From Vulcanimicrobiota bacterium (lineage in GTDB: Bacteria; Vulcanimicrobiota; Vulcanimicrobiia; Vulcanimicrobiales; Vulcanimicrobiaceae): a stretch of DNA of 64,000 nt. The position numbers were made by a program, and so were the translations under genes. Positions 44,826 to 54,035 of the stretch are shown one piece after another (the first letter of the stretch is position 1; every line of letters starts with the position of its first letter). The stretch is from positions 256,001-320,000 of the forward strand of contig CAWETW010000001.1 in assembly GCA_963812155.1 (NCBI GenBank), written 5' to 3'. The notes below the pieces were generated by a model that was not told where the DNA came from, ran no database searches, and saw nothing but the letters and a program-made list of their open reading frames with translations.

Positions 44826-47089
44826 CGGCTGCCTGCTCCTGCGCGCGTGCGATCAAACGCTCCAACTGCTGCTTTCCCGGAAGGTATTGCACCGGCCACG
44901 GCGCGTCCGCGTACCCCAGCTGCGCCGCTGCATGCTGCGTCCAAGCGGCATCGGCAAGGTGCGGCCGTCCCAGCGCCACGAGATCCGCGCGTCCCGCCGC
45001 TAAGATGGCATTGGCCTGGTCCGCGTCGGTGATGTTGCCGACGGCCATCGTGGCGATGCCGATTTCGTTGCGGATTTTATCCGCGTACGGCGTTTGGTAC
45101 ATGCGGCCGTAAACCGGCTTGGCATCGGGCGACGTCTGTCCGGTCGAGACGTCGATAAGATCCGCACCGGCGGCTTTGAAGGCACGCGCGATCTCCACGG
45201 CGTCGTCGCCGGAGATGCCTCCGTCGACCCAATCGGTCGCCGAAATGCGGACCGAGATCGGCCGCTGCGCCGGCCACACGCCGCGCATCGCGTCGAAGAC
45301 CTCGAGCGGGTAGCGCAAACGGTTCGCCAGCGTCCCGCCGTATTCGTCGGTGCGCCGGTTTCGCAGCGGCGTGATGAACGACGACAGCAAGTAGCCGTGC
45401 GCGCAATGCAGTTCGAGCATATCGAAGCCCGCTTCGATTCCCATGACGGCGGCGCGCACGAATGCATCGCGAATCTCGTCCATTTCCGCGCGGCGTCAGC
45501 TCCAGCGGTATCTGATTGATGGGAGCATACGGGATCGCCGACGGCCCGACCACCGGCCAGTTTGCAACGTCAAGCGGCTCGTCCATGCCCTCCCACATCA
45601 GTTTCGTAGAACCTTTCGGCCCGGAATGTCCGAGTTGCAAACAGATCTTCGTCGGGGAATAGGCGTGTACGAATTCGACGATGCGCCGCCATGCGGCCGC
45701 GTGCTCGGGCAGATACATCCCGGTGCAGCCGGGGGAGATGCGGCCGTCGCGCGTGACGCACGTCATCTCGGTGAAGACGAGACCGGCGCCGCCGAGCGCG
45801 CGCGCTCCCAGATGGACGAGGTGAAAATCGTTGGGCATTCCGTCGACCGCGCTGTACATATCCATGGGAGAGACGACAACGCGGTTGCGCAACTCGAGGC
45901 CGCGCAAGCGAAACGGCGTGAACATCGGTGGGATCTGGACCCCGCCGGCGAACCAGCGCTCGATTCGTTCGACGTACGTCGTATCGCGCAAGCGCAGGTT
46001 TTCGTGACCGATGCGTTGGCTGCGCGTCAGCAGGCTGTACGCGAACTGCTCGGGCGGGAGACCGGCGTAGCGAGCGACGTTTTCGAACCACTCGGTCGAA
46101 TTACGTGCCGCGTTTTGGAGTTTGAGCACCTCGATTCGGCGCGATGCCTCGTATTCGGGCAACGCTTGCTCGATGTCTCCATCGCTCGCCGCGAGCGCAT
46201 CGGCCAAGCCGATCGCATCCTCCATCGCCAGTTTCGTACCGGATCCGACCGAAAAATGCGCGGTGTGCGCGGCGTCGCCCACGAGCACGACGTTTTCGTG
46301 CACCCACCGTTCGTTGCCGACGCGCGTGAAGTTGAGCCATTCGCGTCCGCGCAGATGCGGCGCGTTGCTCATCAAGCGGTGGCCGCCCAAATACGGCGCA
46401 AAAAGCCCTTCGCAAAACGCAATCGACTGCTCGCTCGAAGCGCTATCCAATCCGTGCGCGCGCCAAGTCTCTTCGCGGCATTCGACGATGAACGTGCTCA
46501 GGTCGCGATCGAAGCGGTAGGCATGGACGGTGAACCAACCGTGTTCGGTGCGCTCGAAAATGAAGGTAAACGCGTCGAGCGGCAGCGTCGTGCCGAACCA
46601 GACGTAACGGCAAAGCCGGCGATCGAGATTGGGCCGGAACGTTTGCTCGTAGGCCGCACGCGTGCGGCTGTTCGCGCCGTCGGCTCCGACCAGCAGATGG
46701 CAGTCGCGATAGGCGTCGACGTCCTCGATGTCGGTTTGAAAGCGCAGATCCACGCCGACGCCGGCCGCTCGCTCCTGAAGAATTGCGAGTAGCCGCTTTC
46801 GCGCGATGCCGGAAAACCCGTGACCGCTGGAGGTGATGGTGTGCCCTCTGAAGTGCACGTCGATATCGTCCCAGTGGGCGAACGCTTCGACGATTGCACT
46901 ATGCGTGGGTTCGTCGGCGCGGCGCAGCGCGTCGAGGGTCGCATCCGAGAAGACGACGCCCCAGCCGAACGTGTCGAGCGGGCGATTGCGCTCCAGCACA
47001 CTCACCTGCCATTGCGGAAACCGTTGCTTGGCAAGCAGCGCGAAGTAGAGTCCCGCCGGGCCGCCGCCGATGCAAACGACGCGCTTCAC
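44815..47089 (-). CDS. Bifunctional anthraniloyl-CoA monooxygenase/reductase (salicylyl-CoA 5-hydroxylase/oxidoreductase family); apparent +1 frameshift near 45492
   Basis: [37 protein letters not shown], then an old-yellow-enzyme-like domain ([25 protein letters not shown]). Confidence 0.88.
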
Positions 47090-47748
47090 TCGCGCTTGCG
47101 GGCGATCAAGATGCCGTCGCACATGGCGACGAGCGAAACGTCGACGCGTTCGTCGCGTCCGGCCTTGGCGTTGAGCGCGCGCAACGCCGCCGTGCTAGCG
47201 TCGCTTTCCTTGCCATCGAGCACGCGTCCACTCCACAGGACGTTGTCGACGAGAATCAAACCGCCCGGACGCATCAGCCGCAACGCCGCCTCGTAGTAGT
47301 TGTCGACGTTGGTCTTGTCGGCGTCGATGAATGCCATGTCGAACGGATCGACGCCTTCGGCCTCGAGCGCCGCCAGCGTCTCCAGTGCCGGGGCGATGCG
47401 CAAGTCGATTTTGTGCGCGACGCCGGCTCGTTCCCAGTAACGGCGCGCAACCGCCGTATACTCCTCGCTGACGTCGCACGCGACGATACGTCCGTCGCCG
47501 GGAATCGCCAGCGCCATCGCTAGCGACGAATATCCGGTGAAGACGCCGATTTCCAGATATCGCTTGGCGCCGATGGCACGGGCCAGCAACTGCATGAACG
47601 CGCCTTGATCGGGTCCGATTTCCATCTGCGCGTCGGCGTGATGCGACGTCTCTTCGCGCAGCGCGGTAAGCACCGGGTCTTCGCGCACCGTTTGCGCGAA
47701 AATATACTCCTGAACGGCTCGGTCGACGAACGTGCTCTTTGCGGTCAT
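47086..47748 (-). CDS. Class I SAM-dependent O-methyltransferase (caffeoyl-CoA OMT-like)
   Basis: [31 protein letters not shown] overlap. Confidence 0.9.
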   Translation of the reverse strand: MTAKSTFVDRAVQEYIFAQTVREDPVLTALREETSHHADAQMEIGPDQGAFMQLLARAIGAKRYLEIGVFTGYSSLAMALAIPGDGRIVACDVSEEYTAVARRYWERAGVAHKIDLRIAPALETLAALEAEGVDPFDMAFIDADKTNVDNYYEAALRLMRPGGLILVDNVLWSGRVLDGKESDASTAALRALNAKAGRDERVDVSLVAMCDGILIARKRE

Positions 47749-49281
47749 AGGCCTTCCTTCGCCTTCGCGCGCAGGTCTTCTTCGATTGCTGCGGCGGCGC
47801 GTTTGCCGGGAAATCCGCTCACGCAGCCGCCGGGATGCGCTCCCGAGCCGCACAGATAGAGATTCTGGACCGGCGTACGCGTCGGGAAGCGCCGCTTCGT
47901 AGATTTGGCCGGGCAAGAGTTCGCCGTGGAAAATGTGGCCGCCGATCAGGCCGAAGCGGTCCTCGAGATCGGGCGGCGCCAGCACGAGCCGGTGCTCGAT
48001 TGCGTTGGGAAGATTCGGCGCGAGGCGCCCGAGCATCGCAACGATCGTGTCGGCCGCGGCCTCGCGCTTGGCGTGCGTCCAGCCATCGGCACGGTCGTAC
48101 GGATAATACTGCGCAAAGACCGAGAGAATGTGTTTGCCGGGCGGAGCCAGCGACGGGTCGGTCGGCGTCTGCAGGAAGCACTCGATCAGCGGTTCGTCGC
48201 TCTCGCCGCGCGTCGCGGCGTCGTCGTAGGCTTTTTGCAAGTAGTCGATCGACGGCGCGACGTGGATCGTCGCACGGTGGTGCGGTTGCGCGTGCGTGCC
48301 CGGCCGGGCGCTGAAGTTCGGCAGTTCGCCCAGCGCCAAGTTCAGTTTCAACGACGGACCGACGCTCTTCCAGCGTTTGACGCGTTCGGCGAATTCGGCA
48401 GGCACCGCACCGGCGTCGAGCAAGTCGAGAAACGTCGTGCGCGGATGCGCGTTGCAGGCGATGGCGCGCGCCGAGATCTCGCGTCCATCGCTCAACAAGA
48501 CCGCCATCGCGCGATCGTCGTAGGTGACGATGCGCTCGACGCCCGCGCCGGCGAAAATCTGTGCTCCGTGGGCGCGCGCCGCGTCGGCGAGCGACGCCGA
48601 CACCGAGCCCATGCCGCCGCGCACGAACGCCCACGCACCTTGAATGCCGAGCACGCGTCCGGCCAAATGGTGCGCGAGCACGTAGCCGGTGCCGGCATCG
48701 CGCGGGCCGAGATTCGTGCCGATAAGCCCGTCGTTGACGAGTTCCGCGGCCAGCACCGGCGTCCGCACGTAGCGCTCGACGAGGTCGGCAGCCGAGCCGA
48801 GCAGCAACGACTGCGTGCCGGCATCGAATCGCTCGAAGCACGGGTCGGGATCCGAGAACGAATCGAACAGCGCGCGCCCCGCGCGTTCGACGCGTTCGCC
48901 GTATGCGTCGAACCCATCGACGTCGGCCGGATCGAAGGCCGCGATCTCGCGCGCGTTCGCGGCCGCGTCGCTGCCGAGCAGCAGCGAGCGTCCGTCTTCG
49001 AGCGGCGTAAACGCGTACGGATCCTTGCGATAGAAATCGAGGCCGCGTTCGCGCAACTCCAGGGTTTCGACGAGCCACGGATCGAGCAAGCTGCACACGT
49101 AGGACGCTGCCGATAAGGTGTAGCCGGGCCAAACGCTCGTATCGCTGACCGCGGCGCCGCCGATCTCGGCATTTCGCTCGAAGACCGCGACCGACAAGCC
49201 GGCTTTTGCCAGCAGCGCCGCGCACGCCAAGCCGTTGTGGCCGGCGCCGACGACGACGGCATCGTAGGAATAGGATTCCAC
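47745..49281 (-). CDS. Phytoene desaturase-like FAD oxidoreductase (apparent +1 frameshift near 47893)
   Basis: GAGHNGL, GGAA, GGMG, PSLAPPGKH, GGHIFHGE; LYLCGSGAHPGG.VSG in the adjacent frame. Confidence 0.85.
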
Positions 49282-49306
49282 AAACGCTCTATACTACTAC
49301 GAGGCG

Positions 49307-49492
49307 GTGGTTTCTTTGCGCGTGTTCGTCGCGGCCATACCGTTTGCCGCGCTGACGGTTGCGGTACCGTTGGTCAACCGCGTCGAGCCCCGCATTCTCG
49401 GTTTACCGTTCGTTCTGGCCTGGATCGTCGCGTGGGTGCTTCTCACGCCCGCGTTCCTGTGGTGCGTCGGCCGCATCGAGCGCCGCTGGTGA
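49307..49492 (+). CDS. DUF3311 small membrane protein
   Basis: VNRVEPRILGLPFVLAW. Confidence 0.82.
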   Translation: MVSLRVFVAAIPFAALTVAVPLVNRVEPRILGLPFVLAWIVAWVLLTPAFLWCVGRIERRW

Positions 49493-50928
49493 TGAGCCCG
49501 CCGTTCGTCGCACTCACGATCGTCGGCGCCGTGCTGATCGGCACGATCGTCTTTGCGCTGTTCGGCGTGCGCCGCATCGCCATGGACCCGCAGCAGTTTA
49601 TCGTCGGCGGACGCTCGTTCGGGACGCTGCTGCTCTGGGTGTTGCTGGCCGGAGAAATCTATACGAGTTTTACGTTCCTGGGCGCTTCGGGGTGGGCGTA
49701 CGGGTTCGGCGCACCTTCGTACTACATTCTCGCCTACGGCTGCTGCGCGTACATTATCGGATACTTCCTTCTGCCGGCGATCTGGCGCGTCGGCAAGGAG
49801 CGATCCCTGTTGACGGCGGCGGATTTCTTCGCCGACCGTTACGGCAGCCGCGCGTTCGGCGCGTTCGTCGGAGTAACGCAGTTCGCCGTCTTGATCCCAT
49901 ACGTCGCGCTGCAACTGAGCGGACTCCAACTGCTGCTGCGCATCGCGGGCTACGGGCACTTCGACGCGACGGTCTCAGTCTGCGCTGCATTTCTGGCCAT
50001 CGCCCTGTTCGTCTTTACGGCTGGGTTGCGCGGCACCGCGTGGGCCAGCATCGTCAAAGACATCCTCGTTCTGGGCGCGGTCGTCTTCGCCGGCATCGTC
50101 ATTCCGGTACAATTCTTCGGGTCGCCGGCACACGTTATCGACCGCGTGCTGCACGCCGATCCCGGCCATCTGGTACTGAGCGCCGGAATAGGCCCCCACG
50201 GAACCGTGTGGTACGTCTCGACCGTCGTTCTCACCGCAGCCGGCTTCTTCATGGCGCCGCACGGCTTCAGCGCGATATACAGCGCGCGTTCGGAGGCGAC
50301 GCTGCGCCGCAACGCGATGCTGCTGCCCTTCTACCAGATCATCATGCTGCTCGTTTTTTTCGCCGGGCTCACGGCGTTGCTCATCGTTCCCGGACTGAAA
50401 GGGACCGCGGTGGACCAGTCGTTTCTGCTGGTCGTGCAGCGATATTATCCCGCGTGGGTCGTGGGCATCGTGGCCGCGGCCGGCTGCCTGGCCGCGCTGA
50501 TTCCCGCCAGCGCGCAATTGCTCGGCGCGGCCAGCATCTTTTCGAAAAACGTGCTGGGCGAACTGGGAATCGCTACGAGCGACCGGGCGCGCACGCTCGC
50601 GACGCGCGTCCTCGTCGTGGTCGTGGCGCTTTTCGCATTAGGATTCTGGCTCGACGAGCAAAGAACGCTCGTCGAGCTCATCCTCATCTACTACAACGGC
50701 GTCACGCAGTTTTTGCCCGGCGTCGTTGCCGCGTTCGCATTTCCGCGCGTGTCGGCGTGGGCCGTCGCGGCGGGAATCGTCACCGGATTCGCTCTCGCCT
50801 TGACGTTCACGCACGCGGCCACGCCGCTGCTGGGCGTCAACCCGGGGCTCGTCGCGCTTGCCGGTAACGTCGCCGTGACGCTTGTCGTCGCGCTCGTATT
50901 TCCGAGAAGCTTGCGAACCGCTAACTAA
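49492..50928 (+). CDS. Sodium:solute symporter family protein
   Basis: VGGRSFG, AGEIYTSFTFLG, PYVALQLSG, LRRNA. Confidence 0.88.
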   Translation: MSPPFVALTIVGAVLIGTIVFALFGVRRIAMDPQQFIVGGRSFGTLLLWVLLAGEIYTSFTFLGASGWAYGFGAPSYYILAYGCCAYIIGYFLLPAIWRVGKERSLLTAADFFADRYGSRAFGAFVGVTQFAVLIPYVALQLSGLQLLLRIAGYGHFDATVSVCAAFLAIALFVFTAGLRGTAWASIVKDILVLGAVVFAGIVIPVQFFGSPAHVIDRVLHADPGHLVLSAGIGPHGTVWYVSTVVLTAAGFFMAPHGFSAIYSARSEATLRRNAMLLPFYQIIMLLVFFAGLTALLIVPGLKGTAVDQSFLLVVQRYYPAWVVGIVAAAGCLAALIPASAQLLGAASIFSKNVLGELGIATSDRARTLATRVLVVVVALFALGFWLDEQRTLVELILIYYNGVTQFLPGVVAAFAFPRVSAWAVAAGIVTGFALALTFTHAATPLLGVNPGLVALAGNVAVTLVVALVFPRSLRTAN

Positions 50929-51244
50929 AAGAGGGTCGCGTTTGGAAACAGTCCCGGCAGTAGACCGGCTTGTCGCCGCGCGGATTGAACGGCACCTCGG
51001 CCACGCCGCCGCATTGGCTGCAGGTCGCGGTGAACATTTCGCGCGGACGTCCGCCGCCCATGCGATCGCCGCCGCCGCCCCCGCCGGGAGTGCTGGCACG
51101 CATCGCTTTGCGGGCCTGCCGGCAGTCCGGACAGCGATTGGGTTTGTTTTGGAAGCCCTTTTGCTCGTAGAAGCGCTGCTCGCCCGAGCTGAAAATAAAC
51201 TCACGCCCACAATCGACGCACGTGAGCGATTCATCGACGTACAC
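50921..51244 (-). CDS. Zinc-ribbon protein with CxxC-x17-CxxC domain
   Basis: CVDCG..F.F...EQ.FY..KGF...P.RCPDCR, then CSQCG...PF.P....PVYCRDCF; AAGGAG RBS. Confidence 0.9.
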   Translation of the reverse strand: MYVDESLTCVDCGREFIFSSGEQRFYEQKGFQNKPNRCPDCRQARKAMRASTPGGGGGGDRMGGGRPREMFTATCSQCGGVAEVPFNPRGDKPVYCRDCFQTRPSFS

Positions 51245-51249
51245 GAATT

Positions 51250-51601
51250 AAAAACTCCTTCGGCTTGCTACCTTCGAGATTGTGCCCAAAGAATCGGAAG
51301 CCCCACCCGAAGATAAAGGCTCCAAGACTGACCTCCCAAGACAGCCGAGTCGAAAGATAAAGACGACCAGAACGACCAGCGAGATCAGGGCGCCGCGCGG
51401 ATCGAGCGCGGCGTAAAAAATGAGGACGGCGACGGCGGCCGCGGCCGCAAGATCGAACGAGACCGCTCGCAGAACGCGAGCGAACCCCAGAATCCCCAGG
51501 ACGAGGTGCGGAATCACGAGGGCGCAACGGACGCGGTCGTACCGGTCCGCCTGATACGGCGCATGCTTCCGAAAGAGAACGGATTCATTCACTGTCGCCA
51601 T
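51250..51601 (-). pseudogene. Degenerate, truncated DUF962/Mpo1-like gene
   Basis: IP..VLGILG and GWGFRFFGHNLEGSKP remnants in two frames; N-terminal His motif absent; no room for the C-terminus. Confidence 0.55.
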
Positions 51602-51690
51602 TAACCCCGTAATCGTCTGCCCGCTTCTGCGACCTTACCGCGGCGAGTCCTGCCGGGGCGGCGCCCGCGGCGGCGCGAATGACGCGCGCA

Positions 51691-52869
51691 ATGAGCCCCC
51701 TCATCACGATCCCGCGCGAGCTTGCCGACGACGTCGTCGCGGTCCGGCGCGACCTGCACATGCACCCCGAGACGGCGTTTGCCGAGCATCGAACCGCCGC
51801 ACTGGTGGCACGGCGCCTGCGCGATCTCGGGTACGAGGTGCACGAGGGCGTCGGCAAGACGGGCGTCGTCGGCGTGCTCGACGGAACGCGCCCCGGCCGA
51901 ACGATCATGCTGCGCGCCGACATGGATGCGCTGCCCATCAGCGAGGAGACGGAGCACGACTACCGCTCGCGCTCGACCGGCCGGATGCACGCGTGCGGCC
52001 ACGACGGACACGTCGCGATTCTGCTCGGTGCGGCCGCGCTGATTGCGGCGCGACGCAGCGAGGTGGCCGGTCGCGTGTGCCTCGTATTCCAACCGGCCGA
52101 GGAAGGCGCCGGCGGCGCCAAGGTGATGCTCGACGACGGATTGTTCGAGCGTTTTTCCATCGAGCGCGCGTACGGGCTGCACTTGTCGTCGAAGTATCCG
52201 ACCGGGACGCTCGGATTTCGCGACGGCCCGATGTACGCATCGAGCGATTCGATCGAGATCGAAGTGTGCGGCGTCGGCGGACACGGTGCGGCACCGCACG
52301 ATGCCGTCGATCCGATTTATGCGGCCGCAAGCTTCGTCACCTCGGTGCAGCAAGTCGTTTCGCGCCAGATCGATCCGCTCGAGCCCGCCGTGGTGACGAT
52401 CGGCGCGATCCACGGCGGCACGATTCACAACGTCATTCCACGGACGTGCCGGATGATGGGAACCGTGCGGGCCTTTTCCGAAACGGTCCGCGCCACGATG
52501 GCCGAACGCATCGAACGCGTGCTGCACGCCTGCTGCGACGCTTCGGGCGCGACGTACGATTTTACGTATTTCGATCGCTATCCGGTGACGGCCAACGATG
52601 CCGCTCAAACGCAGTACGCGCGCGAGTTGGCGCGCCGTGCGTTCGGCGACGAGCGCGTGATCGAAACGGCGATGGTCATGGGGGCCGAAGATTTTTCGTT
52701 TTACGCCCAGCGCGTGCCCGCGTGCTTTTATACGCTCGGATGCAGCGGCGGGCCGCAAACCAGCCATCCGCATCACTCCAGCCTCTTCGATATCGACGAA
52801 GCGGCGCTGCCGGCAGGCGTTGCCATGATGGCGGCGCTCGCATTCGACGCACCGCGCCACGCACCGTGA
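51691..52869 (+). CDS. M20 family amidohydrolase
   Basis: RRDLHMHPE, LRADMDALP, MHACGHDGH, FQPAEEG, GAEDF. Confidence 0.92.
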   Translation: MSPLITIPRELADDVVAVRRDLHMHPETAFAEHRTAALVARRLRDLGYEVHEGVGKTGVVGVLDGTRPGRTIMLRADMDALPISEETEHDYRSRSTGRMHACGHDGHVAILLGAAALIAARRSEVAGRVCLVFQPAEEGAGGAKVMLDDGLFERFSIERAYGLHLSSKYPTGTLGFRDGPMYASSDSIEIEVCGVGGHGAAPHDAVDPIYAAASFVTSVQQVVSRQIDPLEPAVVTIGAIHGGTIHNVIPRTCRMMGTVRAFSETVRATMAERIERVLHACCDASGATYDFTYFDRYPVTANDAAQTQYARELARRAFGDERVIETAMVMGAEDFSFYAQRVPACFYTLGCSGGPQTSHPHHSSLFDIDEAALPAGVAMMAALAFDAPRHAP

Positions 52870-53387
52870 GCGCGCCGGTGATTCCCGGCGTCGTGAACCC
52901 TGCGACGCCGCGCGACTTTCTCGAGGTGATGACGCGCGCCGTCTTTCAAGCCGGCGTGAGCTGGAAGCAGATTGCCGAGCGGTGGGATGCCTATCGCGAG
53001 GCGTTCGCGCAGTTCGATCCCGCGCAGGTCGCGAGATACGACGATCTCGACGTGGAGCGCGTGCTCGCGACGCCCGGCGTGATGCGCACGCCGCGCAAGG
53101 TCCGCGCGACGATCGCCAACGCTCGCACGCTGCTCGAAGTCGATCGCGAGTTCGGCGGCATCGCCGCGTATCTGCGGGGCTTTTCGTCGTATCCGGAACT
53201 CGCCCAAGACTTCAGACGCCGGTTCGCCTTCATGGGCGAGATGAACGTGTGGTACGTGCTGTTTCGCACGGGCAATCCCGTGCCGCGTTTCGAGCCGTGG
53301 GTCCGCGGCATCAAGGGCGAGCATCCCCGCATGCGCGAGATGGTCGAGCTCGCCCGCACCGACGGAAACTCGCCCGAACGCGAGTGA
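52866..53387 (+). CDS. DNA-3-methyladenine glycosylase I-like protein
   Basis: VFQAGVSW, REAFAQFDP, KVRATIANA; GTGA overlap. Confidence 0.7.
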   Translation: MSAPVIPGVVNPATPRDFLEVMTRAVFQAGVSWKQIAERWDAYREAFAQFDPAQVARYDDLDVERVLATPGVMRTPRKVRATIANARTLLEVDREFGGIAAYLRGFSSYPELAQDFRRRFAFMGEMNVWYVLFRTGNPVPRFEPWVRGIKGEHPRMREMVELARTDGNSPERE

Positions 53388-53396
53388 ACTACGCGC

Positions 53397-54018
53397 TCAG
53401 CATTCGTCGCCGGTACTTTTACCGGGATAAATTTCGATGACGCCCGCCGCTCCGCCGGAACGCTTTGACCTTTGAGCAGCGAGCCGACGCCGCCCAGCAC
53501 GCCGCCGTACTTGCCTGCGTCGCGACGGCGTAGCACGGCTTGAAGTTGATCGGAAAGCCGTCGATTTGGCCTGCGCGTACGCGGTATACGTGCTGCCGGC
53601 AGGATCGGTTTTCCGGTAACCCGCCGCCGGCCTTGACCGCATTGCCGAACGACGTGCTGCCTTTGACCGACAGTTGAATAGAAAATCGGCGTTCCGCTAT
53701 GCAGCGACGGCAGTTTGTGGTTGTAGTTGGTCGTACTGCTGGTCAGCGAAATGCTCGTCGAAGGATTCGCGGGCGGATACTTCACCGAACCGCCGAGGCC
53801 GCCGAATGCCGGAATGCAGAGCTTCCGCCGCCGTCAATAGCGTTTCAGTGATGCTGGCGTACTGTTGGGTGGTCTGCTGCCCTTTGCACGCCGGAGGCCC
53901 GCGTCGGGCACGATCGCCGCGCCTTGCATCGCTTGCGGGAGAGCGCTCCGGCCGAGCGCGAGGAACACGCCGCCAGCAACGCTGCGGCAAGCAACGAAAG
54001 CGCAACGATGCAACGCAT
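53397..54018 (-). pseudogene. Lipoprotein gene broken by several frameshifts (pseudogene or poor sequence)
   Basis: MRCIVALSLLAAALLAAC lipobox; fragments PPACKGQQTT, KYPPANPS, GKYGGVLGGVG and IEIYPGK lie in different frames. Confidence 0.55.
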
Positions 54019-54035
54019 CTTCAGGCGCGTTTCGC

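Noticed and set aside
47086..49281. 731-aa desaturase-methyltransferase fusion ORF
   Set aside because: The conserved LYLCG...HPGG.VSG end is in another frame and stops with an ATGA overlap; indel artefact.
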